Assembly (NCBI GenBank): GCA_964586015.1
Contig: CAZPHK010000003.1
Coordinates: forward strand, 358-64,357
Source of the DNA: an uncultured Acidobacteriota bacterium
Lineage (GTDB): Bacteria; Acidobacteriota; UBA6911
Reading direction: 5' to 3'
DNA length: 64,000 nt
Both the position numbers and the translations under genes were made by a program. The notes beneath the pieces were generated by a model that had not been told where the DNA came from, did no database searches, and saw only the letters and a program-made list of their open reading frames with translations. Each line of letters begins with the position of its first letter. The stretch's first letter is position 1. Below are positions 63,058-64,000 of this stretch, in pieces.

Positions 63058-64000
63058 ATGGCAACCGGAAAATATCAGCATCTGTTCAAGCCTCTGAAAA
63101 TGGCCGAAATACCCGGACAGGAACAGTTTTTCAAAAACACGGGCAACGCGGACGTCAATCGCTGGCTCAACGGGCGGGACCACCTGGAAGGAGTGGAGCT
63201 CAATTTTTCCTGGGGATTCTACACCGGTCTGGGCGACTGGCATCCCGGCATGGATCCCCACGCCCACCCATACCCGGAGTGCCTGGTGTTTGTCGGGCTC
63301 GATCCGGACAGGCCCGGCTATCTTGGAGCCAAACTCCAATACTGCCTGGGCAAGGAACTGGAAATCCATACATTCGACAAACCTACATGTGTCGTTGCCC
63401 CCGGAGGTTTTCTTCACTGCCCCTCGGTAACCCTGGATGTGGACAGTCCGATCGGCTACAGCTTCTTCATCATATCCCTGGGGGCCGACCCGACGACCCG
63501 CTGGATGGGAGACGGCATATCCGAGGAACAGTTGGAACGCATGCGCCCCGATCCCGACCGCGAGGTCAGGGTTCCCATGAACTCCTCTTTCGGGACGAAA
63601 AGAATCCGTATCGCGGAGGACACGGTGACCCACGGCGACGTCAACGCCCACTACATCAAATCTCTTATCCCCAATACGATGACCGCGCGTCCCCTGGGGA
63701 AAGATGAAAAAGCTTTGTATGGAGAAATGGCCGGGGACGGTCGGCAACCGGGGCCGGGATTGTCGCAAAACGCCGTCTGGATGTTCGGTCGCGACCTGGA
63801 AGGCATGGATTTGAATTTCTGCTGGGCCATTCACACCCAACCCGGACTCTGGATGCGCGGACCGGGACGCGGCGCCCACGTGCACCCCTACGATGAAGTC
63901 CTGGTGTTCGCCGGAACCGAACCTGCCGACATCGACTACCTGGGAGCGGAGATCCAGATCGATATGGGATCGGAACATGAAAGATACATCATTAATCAAC
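63058..64000 (+). CDS. Bicupin metalloprotein, paralogue of 61791-62873; 3' end beyond the window
   Basis: My own translation from ATG 63058 (after AGAGGGA) is open to the window edge: MATGKYQHLFKPL...NFSWGFYTGLGDWHPGMDPHAHPYPECLVFVGLD. It aligns with the upstream paralogue. It is absent from the ORF track, presumably because it has no stop. Confidence 0.75.
   Translation, partial: MATGKYQHLFKPLKMAEIPGQEQFFKNTGNADVNRWLNGRDHLEGVELNFSWGFYTGLGDWHPGMDPHAHPYPECLVFVGLDPDRPGYLGAKLQYCLGKELEIHTFDKPTCVVAPGGFLHCPSVTLDVDSPIGYSFFIISLGADPTTRWMGDGISEEQLERMRPDPDREVRVPMNSSFGTKRIRIAEDTVTHGDVNAHYIKSLIPNTMTARPLGKDEKALYGEMAGDGRQPGPGLSQNAVWMFGRDLEGMDLNFCWAIHTQPGLWMRGPGRGAHVHPYDEVLVFAGTEPADIDYLGAEIQIDMGSEHERYIINQ

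Noticed and set aside
63052-63999. 315-aa minus-strand ORF in the track
   Set aside because: It is exactly antisense to a + strand frame that starts at 63058 with an RBS and aligns residue-for-residue with the bicupin at 61791-62873. The minus-strand product has no motifs. Long antisense ORFs are expected in GC-rich DNA.
1-64000. tRNA, rRNA, transposase, integrase or prophage genes that could explain the accessory regions
   Set aside because: I found no cloverleaf-like sequence, rRNA-like conservation, or DDE/tyrosine-recombinase-like ORF. Absence is judged by eye only and should be confirmed with tRNAscan, Infernal and ISfinder-type searches.

Overview
GC-rich chromosomal segment. Hand counts of a few lines give about 60 % GC in core genes. 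The gene content (sigma-54 control, a 16-haem cytochrome, a tungsten-type AOR) suggests an anaerobic sulfate-reducer or syntroph-type deltaproteobacterium, but this is inference only.

Core blocks:
- SDR, cupin and a BKACE + CoA-transferase operon (0-4 kb).
- Aldehyde:ferredoxin oxidoreductase with a Tat-signal ferredoxin (21-24 kb).
- A tripartite RND efflux pump (24-30 kb).
- Two orphan xanthine-dehydrogenase-family Mo subunits (30.5-32.8 kb and 59.1-61.5 kb). The second sits beside tandem bicupin paralogues.
- A sigma-54-controlled operon (44.9-52.6 kb) encoding a NifX-like protein, a Trp-rich repeat protein and an Hmc-type transmembrane redox complex. A histidine kinase and three receiver genes follow it.

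Accessory material:
1. An AT-richer island at about 4.4-12 kb. A perfect 605-bp direct repeat duplicates a leader plus a complete HIT-hydrolase gene. Each HIT copy is translationally coupled to a different partner: a small Zn-ribbon protein in copy 1 and a 366-aa HNH nuclease in copy 2. Between the copies lie an orphan macro domain, a SAMHD1-like HD phosphohydrolase with a small coupled partner, and a second HNH nuclease that appears split by an in-frame TAG. This is my best candidate for an undescribed defence or TA-like system.
2. RelE/CopG and AbiEi/AbiEii modules.
3. Several intergenic repeat families: GGGCGAAC hairpins, long imperfect inverted-repeat elements upstream of three operons, and two direct-repeat families bracketing genes at 32.8-38.9 kb.
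4. A response-regulator/thioredoxin-reductase fusion gene frameshifted at a G9 tract.

I recognised no rRNA, tRNA, CRISPR array, transposase or integrase. All functional calls rest on motifs read by eye from the translations. No database search was possible.
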